Notes: generated by a model not told the origin, from the sequence alone. A stretch of 64,000 nt of DNA from Halorussus marinus (GCF_004765795.1 NZ_SBIV01000003.1:124001-188000); one strand, 5' to 3'; counted from the stretch's first letter, positions 31,631 through 42,105 are shown. Numbers and translations are program-made.

Positions 31631-32118
31631 ACGATCGCGACGCCACGCCTGACTGGCAGCGGCGACTCAAGCGGAAGCTCGGCGAGAATCCCGCGCGGTT
31701 CCTCGACCACGACCTCGTCGAGCGCGGCTCCCGACATACGGATCGGACGCTTCAGCCACTCGTCCGAGCTCGAATCCGAGGTATCGACAAGATCGGCGTG
31801 GTGAACGCCTGGATTGCAGTTGAGCGCAAGCTCGATCGCGGGCCGCGCGATCGGATTATCGAGTTACTCGAAGAACGGAAGGCATACCTCGAAGAGTACG
31901 GCGAGCGTCCGGACCTCGCTACCGCACGTCTCGACGAACGACCGTCGCGCTACCAGCCTCACAGTCGCGATCTTCCTGCAACCGAGGTCACCTACGTCAC
32001 CGCCGACGGCGAACGCGTTCCCGCAGACAAACGGCCCACGAAGCCCACAGTCGGCCGGCGATTCGACTCGGCAACGACACAGACCGAGGTCGTAGCTGAC
32101 GGAGGTGAGGGCCAGTGA
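31627..32118 (+). CDS. Hypothetical protein (mobile-element left arm)
   Basis: GTGA overlap; GENPARFL...RIRGID...AWIAVERKL...ADGG. Confidence 0.65.
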   Translation: MNDRDATPDWQRRLKRKLGENPARFLDHDLVERGSRHTDRTLQPLVRARIRGIDKIGVVNAWIAVERKLDRGPRDRIIELLEERKAYLEEYGERPDLATARLDERPSRYQPHSRDLPATEVTYVTADGERVPADKRPTKPTVGRRFDSATTQTEVVADGGEGQ

Positions 32119-32318
32119 CGCTCGCTCGCCCGGAGTGCGCCGAATGCAGCGAGCGGGTATTCGAGAGGTCCGCGACGATCTACGTCGCGAAGGCCGGCGA
32201 GACCGCGCGGGTACTCTGTCGAGACTGCCAGCACCGGTATCCCGACGAGCGCCAGTACTCGCCGACCGAGTTGCCGAGCGCGAGTCGGCCCGTGATTCGC
32301 GGGGGTGACCAACCGTGA
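32115..32318 (+). CDS. Small zinc-finger protein
   Basis: CAEC...LCRDC; GTGA overlaps on both sides. Confidence 0.6.
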   Translation: MTLARPECAECSERVFERSATIYVAKAGETARVLCRDCQHRYPDERQYSPTELPSASRPVIRGGDQP

Positions 32319-34334
32319 CCCGCGAGGTCCACCACGTCGGCGAAGACCGCGACGCGGTCACGATGGACGACATCCACGCCGAGGACGATCTCGCCGACCA
32401 GATGGAGGGCGCCCTCCTGGAGGGTGACTACGAGGTCGAAGACGGTCCGGGGCCAGCCGACTCCGGTCCGGACACGGTCATCTGTTGTCGGTACTGCGAA
32501 CAAGAGTTCGAACGTATCGTCGACTACGACGACCACGAGTACACCTGCGAGGACCTCCAGCATGCGGTCGCTCGCGAGGAAACTGATAGTGACGACCAAG
32601 AGGACGCGACGGTCGACGACATCAATCGGACGTACTTCATCCGGACCCAGTGGCACGAATTCAAAGCCTACGTGAAGTACGATATCGGCCTCGACGTCTA
32701 CTACGGGTTGAACAGTCTCCAGAAGGAACACGACTTCCGCGACGACGGCGCCCTCACTACCGAATTTGAAGTCCCGGACGAGATCGCCGAGGAGACCGAC
32801 CGCGAACGCTGGGAGTTGGAGTTCTCGTTCTCGGACAGCAAGCTCAAACCGTGGGACGATCAGTCGTTCCGCATTCAGAACGTCCGCGAGTACTCGATCA
32901 AAGTTCATCCCGCAGGTGTCGACGATCACAACGATGCACTTCGGAAAAACGTTCTCGGTGAAACCGCGGTGGCCCGACCTCGAATCAGAAGACGGCTACT
33001 CGAATCCGAGCAACCCCCACGACATCCTCGGCGTCGACGTCACCTTCGACGGGTCGAACCTCGAACCGAATGTGTACCCGAAGCTGTTCTATCACGCACT
33101 GGGTGTGCTCCACGGCCAGCAGGGCAAGAACTGGTCGAACCCGACCTACATCCCCTACGACGATGTCCGACCGGAGAACATCCACCACTCCTCGAACATC
33201 GTCGACGGCGAGCTCTACGTCCGCCTCGACGAGGAGAAGACCGGCCCGCTGTACGCCATTGACGGGCCGATTCATCGCATCTCGATGCTGTTGGCTGACG
33301 AGCGCTCGGGGTACGCGAAGTCGATTCGGGACGATCGCGAGTGTGAGGGCTACTACCACGTCGCGACGATCGGGAGCGATCGCGCGTCCGAGCTGCTCGG
33401 CGGCCACTCGCTCGGCAAGGAATTCAAGCACTATCACGTCAACAACCCTAGCGCTGTCGACGGCGACGGGATGCTCGAACATCCGAAGGTCGGCGTCGCG
33501 CTTCAGAACTCGGTCACCGACCGCACTGTCTACTGGGACGATCTCCGGCGCCTGGAGAAGGAACTCGACGAGGCACTGTTGAACGTCCTTGACTGGGCGG
33601 ACATTCCGCTCCGACCTGACGATCAGTACTACGTCGAGGACGAGGTCTTCGAAGTAACTGGTGAGCGTCGCTTTCGCCAGCTGGCCGTGAACCAGCTCCC
33701 GAGCATCCAGCAGGAGCAGAATGACGACGTGATGCGGGTCGTTCCGAATCTCGCGCCGACCGACGCGGAGGCGCTCGACAAGCTACTGGCCGACGGCGGC
33801 CAGATCTCGCCGGCCGACCTCGCGGCGGATCTCGGACGCCACATCGATACGGTCTACCGGGCGCTGGATCGCCTCGGCGACATCGTCGTCCACGAGTACG
33901 GTGACGTTCGTCTGCGCTCGAAGAACGTCGCACAAGAGATTCTGAAGTACGTCCAGGGCGCGAAGGAGTCGTTCGAAGTCTCGATGTCCGAAGCGGCGGA
34001 CAAGATGGTTCAGGCCGAGCGCGTTGCGGATGGCGACTCTGCGTTCGCACAGTGGCGCCAGACTTACGGCGTCGAGATTGACAGTGACGACGAGGAGGAT
34101 CGCGACACGCTCTCGATGAAGTACACGCCGGAGGACCGGAAAGAGCTCAAGCGAATCCTCCGGTCGGGCGCTCGTCACTGGGCGGAGCTGACCGACAGCG
34201 CGGTGGGACGATTCGCCGTCGAGTTCCGGCCGGATGTTCGACTGGCGGACGGCTCGCGATACAACCCGGTGCTCTGGAAGAATCTGTTTACTCGGACGAA
34301 GGGTCCGAGCCTGTTCAGCCAGACGTTCGGCTGA
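32315..34334 (+). pseudogene. Pleolipovirus-like putative replication protein with C-terminal winged HTH, +1 frameshift at 32945-32949
   Basis: Two overlapping acidic ORFs join at the A5 run (…ALRK|TFSVKPRWPD…); C-terminal LLADGGQISPADLAADLGRHIDTVYRALDRL wHTH. Confidence 0.75.
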
Positions 34335-34478
34335 CGGGCCGACTGGTGAGTGGCAACACTATCTCTCGGTTGACCTTATTCTAACTCTATTTGTTCTATT
34401 TGCCATAGTGGTAAAGTAGACTTGTTTTGAGTGGTATCTCCTGCATCGGGAGCGCCGTGATCAGGACGGTGGCCGAGC

Positions 34479-34510
34479 GCGGAATCCGGGGGGTCCCCCC
34501 GAATTTCCGC
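34479..34510. repeat. Palindromic hairpin downstream of Rep (candidate origin element)
   Basis: GCGGAA-TC-CGGGGGG-T-CCCCCCG-AAT-TTCCGC. Confidence 0.6.
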
Positions 34511-34892
34511 TTAGAGGGTGTGGCTAAAGAGCCACGGGCTCAAAGTACGTCCTTCGCTTCGCTCAGGACACCGGAAACAAAAGACACCACGGTCGGTTGC
34601 TCAGGCCACGCACGACCACTCAGCCTCGTCGCGCACACGGGTCCGAGCGCGAGATCGAGGCCACGCCCACAAGTAGGCGCCGAGTGCGCATGGATCGACT
34701 GCTCCCACGCGAGTGAGCGCTCGTGCTTCGTCCGCAAGCGAACGCATTCCTCCATGGAGTTGTTCTGCTCCACCGCTGATTTAAATATCTACTACGGAGC
34801 GACCGGTGACAAACTGGGAGTCGAATCGAGACGACGCGTGTACCGACAGCCCCGCGATCACGTCAGTGGGGTGGATGCCGACTTCGCGGGTC

Positions 34893-35801
34893 TCACTGTA
34901 CAGCGGAACTCGACGCCCGGTTGAGCAAGTAGATCATGACGCCGCCGAGAACGATATCGAGTGCGAGGAGCACGGCGATCGCCGGGACGAGCGTGTCCCA
35001 GATACCGCCGAAGCGAGTGACCTCGACGACGGTCATGACGTCCTGGTCAAGCATGAGCGCGCGTGCGGCGTCGACACCGTAGGTGATTGGGTTGTACGTC
35101 GCGACGACCTGGATCCAGTCGGGCATCGCGTCCAACGGGAGGAAGGCGGTCGAAACGAACAGCAGGGGGAATTGCAGGAGGTTCGCGCCGATGATCGTCG
35201 ACTCCTGATCGCGGGTGACGATGGCCATGATGTTCGAGAGCGCGATGAACCACAGCGAGAAGAGGATGCCAATGCCGAGAATTCCGACGGCGCCGAGGAC
35301 CCCAGTGGCGACGTTTGCGCCGAGCACCGTGCCCAGCGCGAGGATGATGGCGATCTGGACGACAATCCGGAGGATCTCGGCGGCGGTTTTGCCGAGGAAC
35401 ATCGCCGAGCGACTCATCGGCATCACGAGTGTCTTCTCGAACATCCCCTCCTCCATGTCGTTGACGAGACCGATCCCCGACCCCGCGGCGGCCGCCAGTG
35501 AGACCTGCATCGCGATAGCGGGCAGCAGGAACGTCTCGTAGGTGATTCCCCCTGCCCCGCCACCACTACCGAGCGCGCTCGTCGCGATCTGGCCGAACAC
35601 CTGCGTGAATAGGACGAGGAAGATGATCGGCTGGACGAGCGATCCGACGACGACGAAGGGGTTACGTACCGCCTTCAAGTTCCAGCGGACGAAGTTCACC
35701 CAGAAATCGCTGAAAAAGGAGTTGCTCGACGGCATCGTGCGGACCTGTCCGCCGTCGGGGCGAGACTCGTTGGCGGCCTTGTCTCCCGAGGCTTCGCTCA
35801 T
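34893..35801 (-). CDS. ABC-2 type exporter permease (DrrB-like)
   Basis: SLVQPIIFLVLF, PLLFVSTAFLP, YNPITYGVDAAR. Confidence 0.9.
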   Translation of the reverse strand: MSEASGDKAANESRPDGGQVRTMPSSNSFFSDFWVNFVRWNLKAVRNPFVVVGSLVQPIIFLVLFTQVFGQIATSALGSGGGAGGITYETFLLPAIAMQVSLAAAAGSGIGLVNDMEEGMFEKTLVMPMSRSAMFLGKTAAEILRIVVQIAIILALGTVLGANVATGVLGAVGILGIGILFSLWFIALSNIMAIVTRDQESTIIGANLLQFPLLFVSTAFLPLDAMPDWIQVVATYNPITYGVDAARALMLDQDVMTVVEVTRFGGIWDTLVPAIAVLLALDIVLGGVMIYLLNRASSSAVQ

Positions 35802-36856
35802 TCGGCGCCCACCTCCGGTTCCGTCACGTCAACGGCGTCAGCCGACCGATCCTCGGAGTCGAGTTCCTCGCCGGTGATCGCGAGGAAGACGTCGTCGAGC
35901 GTCGGCGCGCGGATATTGAACCCGGTGACGGTGATCCCGGCGTCGCGTAGAGCGACGAGCAGGTCCGTCCCGTGCTCGCGCGCCCGCTCGGCGGTGACGC
36001 TGATTCCGTCGTCGGTGACGCTCACATCCGCGTCGGCGTCGAAGACATCGCCCTCGCGGGCGATCTCGGCGGCGCGCTCGCGAGCGTCCTTCCCCGCGGG
36101 AACGTCCACGTCGAGAATCTCTCCGCCGACCCGCCGTTTCAGCTCCACGGGCGAGCCCGTGGCGGCAATCTCGCCGTGCATAATGACGGCGATTCGGTCG
36201 CAAAGCTGGTCGGCTTCTTCGAGGTACTGCGTGGTGAGAAACAGCGTCGTCCCGCGCTCGTTGATGCGCTCGAAGTACTCCCAGAGGCGATTGCGTGCCT
36301 TCGGATCCAGCCCGGTCGTCGGTTCGTCGAGGAAGACGAGCGGCGGGTTGTGGACGAGCGCCGTCGCGGCGTCAAGCCGCTTCTTCATCCCGCCGGAGAA
36401 CTCGCCAGCCTGCTTGTCGCCCACGTCCGCCAGGTCCACCAGGTCAAGTAGTTCGTCGATGCGCTCGGCGCGCTCGCTTTTCGGGACGCCGTAGGCCTGG
36501 GCGGCGAAGCGGATGTTCTCGCGGGCGGTGAGTTCTTCGTCGACGCTGGTCTCTTGGGCCATGTAGCCGATTGTCTCGCGGATCCTGCGGGGCTCGTCGC
36601 GCACGTCGAAGCCGTTGACGGTGATCGACCCCGCGGTCGGCGACAGCAGTGTCGAGAACGTCTTGATCGTCGTCGTCTTCCCCGCACCGTTCGCGCCGAG
36701 GAAGCCGAAGAACTCGCCCTCGGGGACCCTCAGATCGATTCCTTTCACCGCCTCCGTCCCGTCGGCGTAGGTGAGTTCCACGCCCTCGGCGTCGATGGCG
36801 GCGCCGCGTCCGTCCGTCCGTAGCGTGTCGTCGGTCACAGGCTTCTTTGTGACCAC
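35798..36856 (-). CDS. ABC exporter ATP-binding protein (DrrA-like)
   Basis: GANGAGKTT, FSGGM, FLDEPTTGLDP, TTQYLEEAD. Confidence 0.93.
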   Translation of the reverse strand: MVTKKPVTDDTLRTDGRGAAIDAEGVELTYADGTEAVKGIDLRVPEGEFFGFLGANGAGKTTTIKTFSTLLSPTAGSITVNGFDVRDEPRRIRETIGYMAQETSVDEELTARENIRFAAQAYGVPKSERAERIDELLDLVDLADVGDKQAGEFSGGMKKRLDAATALVHNPPLVFLDEPTTGLDPKARNRLWEYFERINERGTTLFLTTQYLEEADQLCDRIAVIMHGEIAATGSPVELKRRVGGEILDVDVPAGKDARERAAEIAREGDVFDADADVSVTDDGISVTAERAREHGTDLLVALRDAGITVTGFNIRAPTLDDVFLAITGEELDSEDRSADAVDVTEPEVGAE

Positions 36857-36874
36857 GGACCCGTAGCATCTGCC

Positions 36875-37568
36875 CTAATTTGTTCGGGTTTTTATACCGG
36901 AGATGCGTCGAAACTCCGCGACGAGGTGGTTCTGCGCGCGGCGCAGTCGCTCGGAGAGCGACGCCGAGCTCGTCGGCGACATCGGCCATCGTGGCGGTCC
37001 TCGGCGTGTCGAAATAGCCCATCTCGTGGGCGGTGACGAGCGCCTGCTGTTGGGCGCCGGTCATCTCGCGCGGCCGAAAGCGGTCGCCGGTCCCGAACGG
37101 GCTGGTCTCTCTCTCGTCCGAATCCTCGTCGGCCTCCACGAGGCGATCCAACCGGAACCCGTAGTCGTTGGCTCGGCAGAACGTCCGGAACCGGTCGAAC
37201 TCCTCGCGGTCGGCGAACCAGCGCCGCTCCTCCCAGCCGCTCGGCGTAGCGAGCACACGGTCGGGGATAGACCCGTTGTCCGCGAGCAGTTCCAGATCCG
37301 TCGGCGGGTCGCCGGTCGGGCGACAGCGGTAGCGCCGCGTCGTCCCGTCGGCGACGACCAACGAGTAGTCGGTTACCGAGTCGGCGTCGTCGAACGCCGC
37401 CTCGATCGCGTCAGCGTCGCCGCCCACGATCCGCACGATGAACGTCGGCGCCCCCGACGGGCGCCCCTGGACCGACTCGAACTCGACGGTTGCTTCGGAC
37501 ACGTCTTCCGCCACGTCGACCAGCGGCAGATGCTGGGAGGTCATCCGGAACTCTGCAATCAGTCCCAT
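36875..37568 (-). pseudogene. Bat-like HTH_10 regulator with frameshift inside the HTH
   Basis: Q..ALVTAHEMGYFDTPR..MADVADELGV then shifts; the expected SLSERLRRAQNHLV continues in another frame to TAG at 36875. Confidence 0.75.
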
Positions 37569-37735
37569 GGAGGTCAGAGGACGGACGGACAGTTAGCGCT
37601 GGCGGAGAAGCAAGTTTTCGTAGTGACAGTTGTGGGCCACTTTTTGTTCAGTACGTACTTCGTACTTACCGAATCTCGAGGTCTCAGTTCCACACCCGAT
37701 TCTAAAAGAAAAAGAGGTCACGCTACCGGCGACTG

Positions 37736-37951
37736 TTACGCGTCGCTGAGTTGCTGGATCGACTCGACCATCTGATCGGCGGTGTGGAGCTCGAGGGAGG
37801 TATCGCCTGCTTCGCCGGTGAAGAACACCGAGGAGCCGGGGCCGATACCGAGCGCTTCGACCGCCTCTTTCGGGAGAGTGACGTGGTAGGAGCTATGGCT
37901 GTCTTGGACTTTCCGGGACTCGACGATGGTTTCGGGGAGTTCTGCGGACAT
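37736..37951 (-). CDS. AbrB/MazE/SpoVT-family DNA-binding protein
   Basis: RKVQ...SYHVTLPKEAVEALGIGPGSSV swapped-hairpin pattern. Confidence 0.8.
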   Translation of the reverse strand: MSAELPETIVESRKVQDSHSSYHVTLPKEAVEALGIGPGSSVFFTGEAGDTSLELHTADQMVESIQQLSDA

Positions 37952-38365
37952 CTGTTCACATCGCTACAAACCGGGGGCCTCAAAAAGATTACCCCCAGCG
38001 TACTCAATTGAGCCAACAACCTTCCAAATCTCACTTCACAATGTTGCTGGTGGAGATAACTCTCTTGATTTGGATTGATTTCGAGGTGGAGACACTGACG
38101 GGTTGGCTGGCAGTACAGGCGCGCGCGTAGTTAGGAGAGTAAAGCCAACCCCCCTCCCCTTGATTTACTGTAGCACTGAGATTGAGCCGGTGACTCGTTT
38201 CGAATCAGTATTGCTCAACTGGAAGAACTCATTTTGGGAGAAATCCCTGGGGAGTACGCACCCGCTCGTAGTATCGCAACGGAACTCAACCCCGGGGAGG
38301 GGACTGAATCCGGATTTCACATAGCAGTGGCTTTCCCACGCGAAAGTGGCTCTGTAGCAGACGAA

Positions 38366-38941
38366 TCAGTCTCGGTTGGTGGCGAAGCACTCCTGACACG
38401 GCCGATAGTGACCACCGAGAGCGTCGGGAACGACGTGGCGATACTCGCCGGACTGTCCGCAAAGCGGGCCGTCAGTCGTCGGTGCATGCATGACTTTCGA
38501 GGAACCACCGCGGACCAGCACCTCTTGAGTGAGGACAGCCAGTGACGAGATCGACGGGAGCTCAAGCGGCTCGAACAGTTCCTCGTCGTCTTCGAACTGC
38601 TCGCCAAACTCGCGAGACCGGATGGGCGTCCGCCGCGGCTCGACCGGACTTTCGGGATCGGCTGCGAGGTGCTCGAAGATGGCTTTATAGCACGACTCGC
38701 AGGGAGTAAGCCCGCTTTGGCGGACTGTGGCTGGCGGGACGAGTTGCCAGTCGGAGGCGGAGCCACCGGCCGGGCACGCGGGAGTGGGCTGGTCGGCGCT
38801 GGCGTCGAGTGCGAGCCGGTGGAAGCCGCTGCCGTTCGGCTTCGCGACGACGCGATCCTGAAACACTCCTCGCACGTTCGCGAATCGGTCGAGGAGATCG
38901 TCGGTAGTGCTCGTAGAGGATTGAGTGATGGTTTTACTCAT
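38366..38941 (-). CDS. Hypothetical protein with two H...C...CxxC repeats
   Basis: FH..PAC..PCESC and MH..PLC..PCQEC separated by an acidic linker. Confidence 0.7.
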   Translation of the reverse strand: MSKTITQSSTSTTDDLLDRFANVRGVFQDRVVAKPNGSGFHRLALDASADQPTPACPAGGSASDWQLVPPATVRQSGLTPCESCYKAIFEHLAADPESPVEPRRTPIRSREFGEQFEDDEELFEPLELPSISSLAVLTQEVLVRGGSSKVMHAPTTDGPLCGQSGEYRHVVPDALGGHYRPCQECFATNRD

Positions 38942-39125
38942 TGGTTGTCCCCTGGCCACAGCAGGCTCGATCTGAGGTGCAATCGTTGAATCGGCAGCGA
39001 GCGCAGAAGCTGAGGCCCCCATTATCGTGGGTGCAGGCGGGACACTCACACTCGCGGTTTCGGCCGACTGGTGTGAACGATCGGTAGTGTGCTGAATCGG
39101 TATCTCGGCACTCGGTTTCTGCCAT
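38934..39125 (-). CDS. Small Cys-rich protein (63 aa)
   Basis: CECPAC..FCARC..C..CC; TTTATA about 29 bp upstream; 8-nt overlap with next gene. Confidence 0.55.
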   Translation of the reverse strand: MAETECRDTDSAHYRSFTPVGRNRECECPACTHDNGGLSFCARCRFNDCTSDRACCGQGTTNE

Positions 39126-39500
39126 AGACGGCCATGGGAGAAACCGGTAGTGCTATAAAGATTGGGCCGGAGAATACTTCGAGCAATAAAGATAGAATAT
39201 TAAACAAATCTCTCGTGGGCCTGTCGACATGATCATCACGTCACTGTTAAATTACAGAGGTATGACTGGTTGGACGCAGAGGGGGCGCGCCCCAAGATGG
39301 TCACCGTCAGAAAGAACTTGCAGGCATAGACGAGATCCTACTATCGGACGGGCGGTTCATCTCACTCAAGTGCACGGCGGATGGTGAATATAAACTCGAA
39401 TTAGTAAATTCGGACGTGCTATCAAGTTAAGCCCCAGAATTATTGTAGGATAGTATAAATTCTAATCGAAGGAATAATATTGCGTGTTGAGGAATTGCCT

Positions 39501-39872
39501 ATGATGGAAATCACCAAAACAGCGGAGGACATGTACCGCGAATTGGCGTGCGTCGAAGAAGGTGGGGCCCTCTACACACTTCAGCAAGATACTCGCTACG
39601 AGGTGAAGTATGTCGAACGTGAATCTCGAAACGAGGTTGGTGACCGCGTAGTCGTGTACCTGCGGAGTCCCCCGAGCAGCCACTACCCAAAAGGGAAACC
39701 GTACCGACTGGTCGTCGATTGCGGCGAGGATCGGTATGTGATGGAAGAAAAACGGAATGGGGAAGACTGGCGAACATACTCGGCGAAGTTCGCGGGGTTT
39801 CGCTATCGGTCGCCGTCCCATCCAAAGAATGAGGAATCTTGGGAGTACGAAGAAACGAAATCATCTCTATAG
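39501..39872 (+). CDS. Hypothetical protein (low GC)
   Basis: Open Glu-rich frame after AT-rich promoter-like DNA; no recognisable motif. Confidence 0.55.
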   Translation: MMEITKTAEDMYRELACVEEGGALYTLQQDTRYEVKYVERESRNEVGDRVVVYLRSPPSSHYPKGKPYRLVVDCGEDRYVMEEKRNGEDWRTYSAKFAGFRYRSPSHPKNEESWEYEETKSSL

Positions 39873-39899
39873 GATTCAGCGAGATCCTGTACTGTGACA

Positions 39900-40187
39900 C
39901 TATTTTTTAGCAGAAGTCTCTCCAACTGACCATGTAGTCTCGGCCTCGACGGATAGTTCCTGAGTGTCGAGAACCTCAGCAATCTGTTCGGGTGTGACCG
40001 AACCTTGTTCGGTGGCAAGTCCCATGAGCTCTTGAAAGCGACCGACCGGAACGGCGGTAGTGTCGCCGGCCATTTTGAGGTAGTAATCGGCGGCCGCGTC
40101 GAGGGCAGTCGACTTGTGGCCTTCCCCAGTGGCTTCTTTGAGATTCTCCCACTTGCGTTCGCGAGCGTCAGTGGCTTCGATGCGCAT
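39900..40187 (-). CDS. Small putative DNA-binding regulator of haloarchaeal viruses/plasmids
   Basis: MRIEATDARERKWENLKEATGEGHKSTALDAAADYY RHH-like N-terminus; operator-like repeats directly upstream. Confidence 0.65.
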   Translation of the reverse strand: MRIEATDARERKWENLKEATGEGHKSTALDAAADYYLKMAGDTTAVPVGRFQELMGLATEQGSVTPEQIAEVLDTQELSVEAETTWSVGETSAKK

Positions 40188-40188
40188 A

Positions 40189-40363
40189 CTCGTTGCACAA
40201 CCTCCCCCCGAACCTAGTATTCTGCGGTGATTGAAACGGGATTCGTATATAAAAGGCGAGTGGGGACGGCGCGATTGAGCCGAAGATAGGGATGGTTTGG
40301 GGCGCGTCGTAGTGCTCGTTGCACAACCGAGTTCGCTGGGGTTGTGCAACGAGCGGGATTCGT
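40189..40363. promoter_or_regulatory. Operator-like repeat array
   Basis: CTCGTTGCACAACC at 40189-40202 and 40315-40328; perfect 15-bp inverted repeat 40314-40328/40340-40354; CGGGATTCGT at 40237 and 40354; TATATAAA at about 40246. Confidence 0.65.
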
Positions 40364-40448
40364 TTCTGTCCGCGTGCAACCGCTGGGAGTCGCACTCAAA
40401 ATGTATCGGCTTGCAACATCTACCACGAAAATCGTGAGCCGCGATCCG

Positions 40449-42104
40449 TCAGCGCCGTAGTTCTATCGTCCGACGAGCTAACCCCGCACCGAGCAGTATG
40501 ACGCTTAGTCCGGTAAAAACGATGGGAACACCAGATTCTACGCTACCAGCCGTCGTACCGATGAAATCCATGGGCGTTGCTCCGTTGAGCGGCCCGATGT
40601 ACCACACCAGCAAGTATGACATCTCGAACAGCCATGATGAACGGCTCCACATTCCCATCGCAACCGCGAGTGATGGAGCAAACAACACGCCGCTCGCAAT
40701 ACCAACGAGAGTCCCCGTTTGATTACTGAGCGCGAACAACGTGAGTAGTCCACTGCTCACACCGGCAGCCACTATAACGCCGGCGAACCACTCAGCGACG
40801 AGTTGTTTGACAGGATGGTTCGACGATAACACGAGATCCGCCACTCGATGTTTTGTCACCCGTACACCCAGTTCAGACCAGATGAAGATCGGCCATACGA
40901 ACGCGAGCGGTAGCAGTACCCTTCGCGCGAGCTCGAGTGAGCGTGTCGACGCTCCGGCCCCCACAAGGATACTGACGGGAGCTACGACGAAGGCCGCAGC
41001 GCCGATGTACCACCACCACTGTTGTCCACGAACTGTGAGCCGAGTCTCGGCAGCGACCAGCCGCCAGAAATTCCATGTCTCTCGTTTTTCGACGTTCGTC
41101 AGCGACATGGAATCAACTGGAACTCGATCGGACGTGTCTTCGTTCGTATCGGTACTGTGACCGACTGCGGGTAGTAGTGTCGTGAGACGCGACAGCCATC
41201 TGGAGTCTTCCGAACCGGTATCCGATGGTCTTCGGGTGAACGGTATCGTAGCTACGAGGATAGTTATAACAGCAGGCAGTAGGAGTCCGGCTCGCTGAAT
41301 ATATATCCATAGCGGCCAGGGCCGACCGTCGTAACGGAACATCTGTGTCTCACCACTGAGCGTCCCGAACGACGGGAGTATACCGCTCGCGTCGGGAACG
41401 ACCGCCAGCAGCGCGTCTGCGGTCAAAGTGTAGACGGCGAGGTGTCCCATGATGTCGACCGATTTCACCCAGAACGGCAGTTCACTCGGAAGTCGCCCCT
41501 CGGCCGACTGAAGCCCAGCGAGCGCGAACGTCGCGAGGAAGAAATAGCCGATGTTTCCAAGCGTGCCACTCAGCCGGTCGACGGTCTCGAAAAGAAGTGC
41601 AACGGCCCCGACCAGCGCACTCAACGGCAGCGCGAGGACGAAGACTGGGCCGACTAACGCGAGCGGCTTGGTCGGTCCGACACCGTGGACGGCATGATTG
41701 ATTACCGTCGCGAGTGCGAGCGTAACGAGGACGACGACCCCGAGACCGATGTTGCTCACCCACTTCCCAAGTAGGTACGTCCGATTCGGGACCGCGGTAC
41801 TCGCGACGAGTCTATCGACATCGTGGACTCGGTCTCGGTTGAGTGTCCCTTTCATCAGATAGAATCCCGCGAATAACAACACCATCGAGCCGGTCATACC
41901 CGCTTTCAAGCCGACGAACGCGGCCGTGTTCGTCCCCTGAATATTTTTCAGCGAGTCACCGTCTCCGATTTGGTACGCGAGTTCGATCTGACCCACGTTG
42001 ACGAGATAGCCGAAGAACGCGACGATAGCAAGAACGACAATAAGTCGACGTGACCGGACTCGCTGGAGGAAGTCGGCCCGCGCAACGTGATACGCTCGGC
42101 GCAT
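40449..42104 (-). CDS. ABC transporter permease (duplicated membrane domain)
   Basis: ARADFLQRVR and AAETRLTVR halves, YLLGKW, many TMs; directly after ABC ATPase. Confidence 0.82.
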   Translation of the reverse strand: MRRAYHVARADFLQRVRSRRLIVVLAIVAFFGYLVNVGQIELAYQIGDGDSLKNIQGTNTAAFVGLKAGMTGSMVLLFAGFYLMKGTLNRDRVHDVDRLVASTAVPNRTYLLGKWVSNIGLGVVVLVTLALATVINHAVHGVGPTKPLALVGPVFVLALPLSALVGAVALLFETVDRLSGTLGNIGYFFLATFALAGLQSAEGRLPSELPFWVKSVDIMGHLAVYTLTADALLAVVPDASGILPSFGTLSGETQMFRYDGRPWPLWIYIQRAGLLLPAVITILVATIPFTRRPSDTGSEDSRWLSRLTTLLPAVGHSTDTNEDTSDRVPVDSMSLTNVEKRETWNFWRLVAAETRLTVRGQQWWWYIGAAAFVVAPVSILVGAGASTRSLELARRVLLPLAFVWPIFIWSELGVRVTKHRVADLVLSSNHPVKQLVAEWFAGVIVAAGVSSGLLTLFALSNQTGTLVGIASGVLFAPSLAVAMGMWSRSSWLFEMSYLLVWYIGPLNGATPMDFIGTTAGSVESGVPIVFTGLSVILLGAGLARRTIELRR

Positions 42105-42105
42105 C

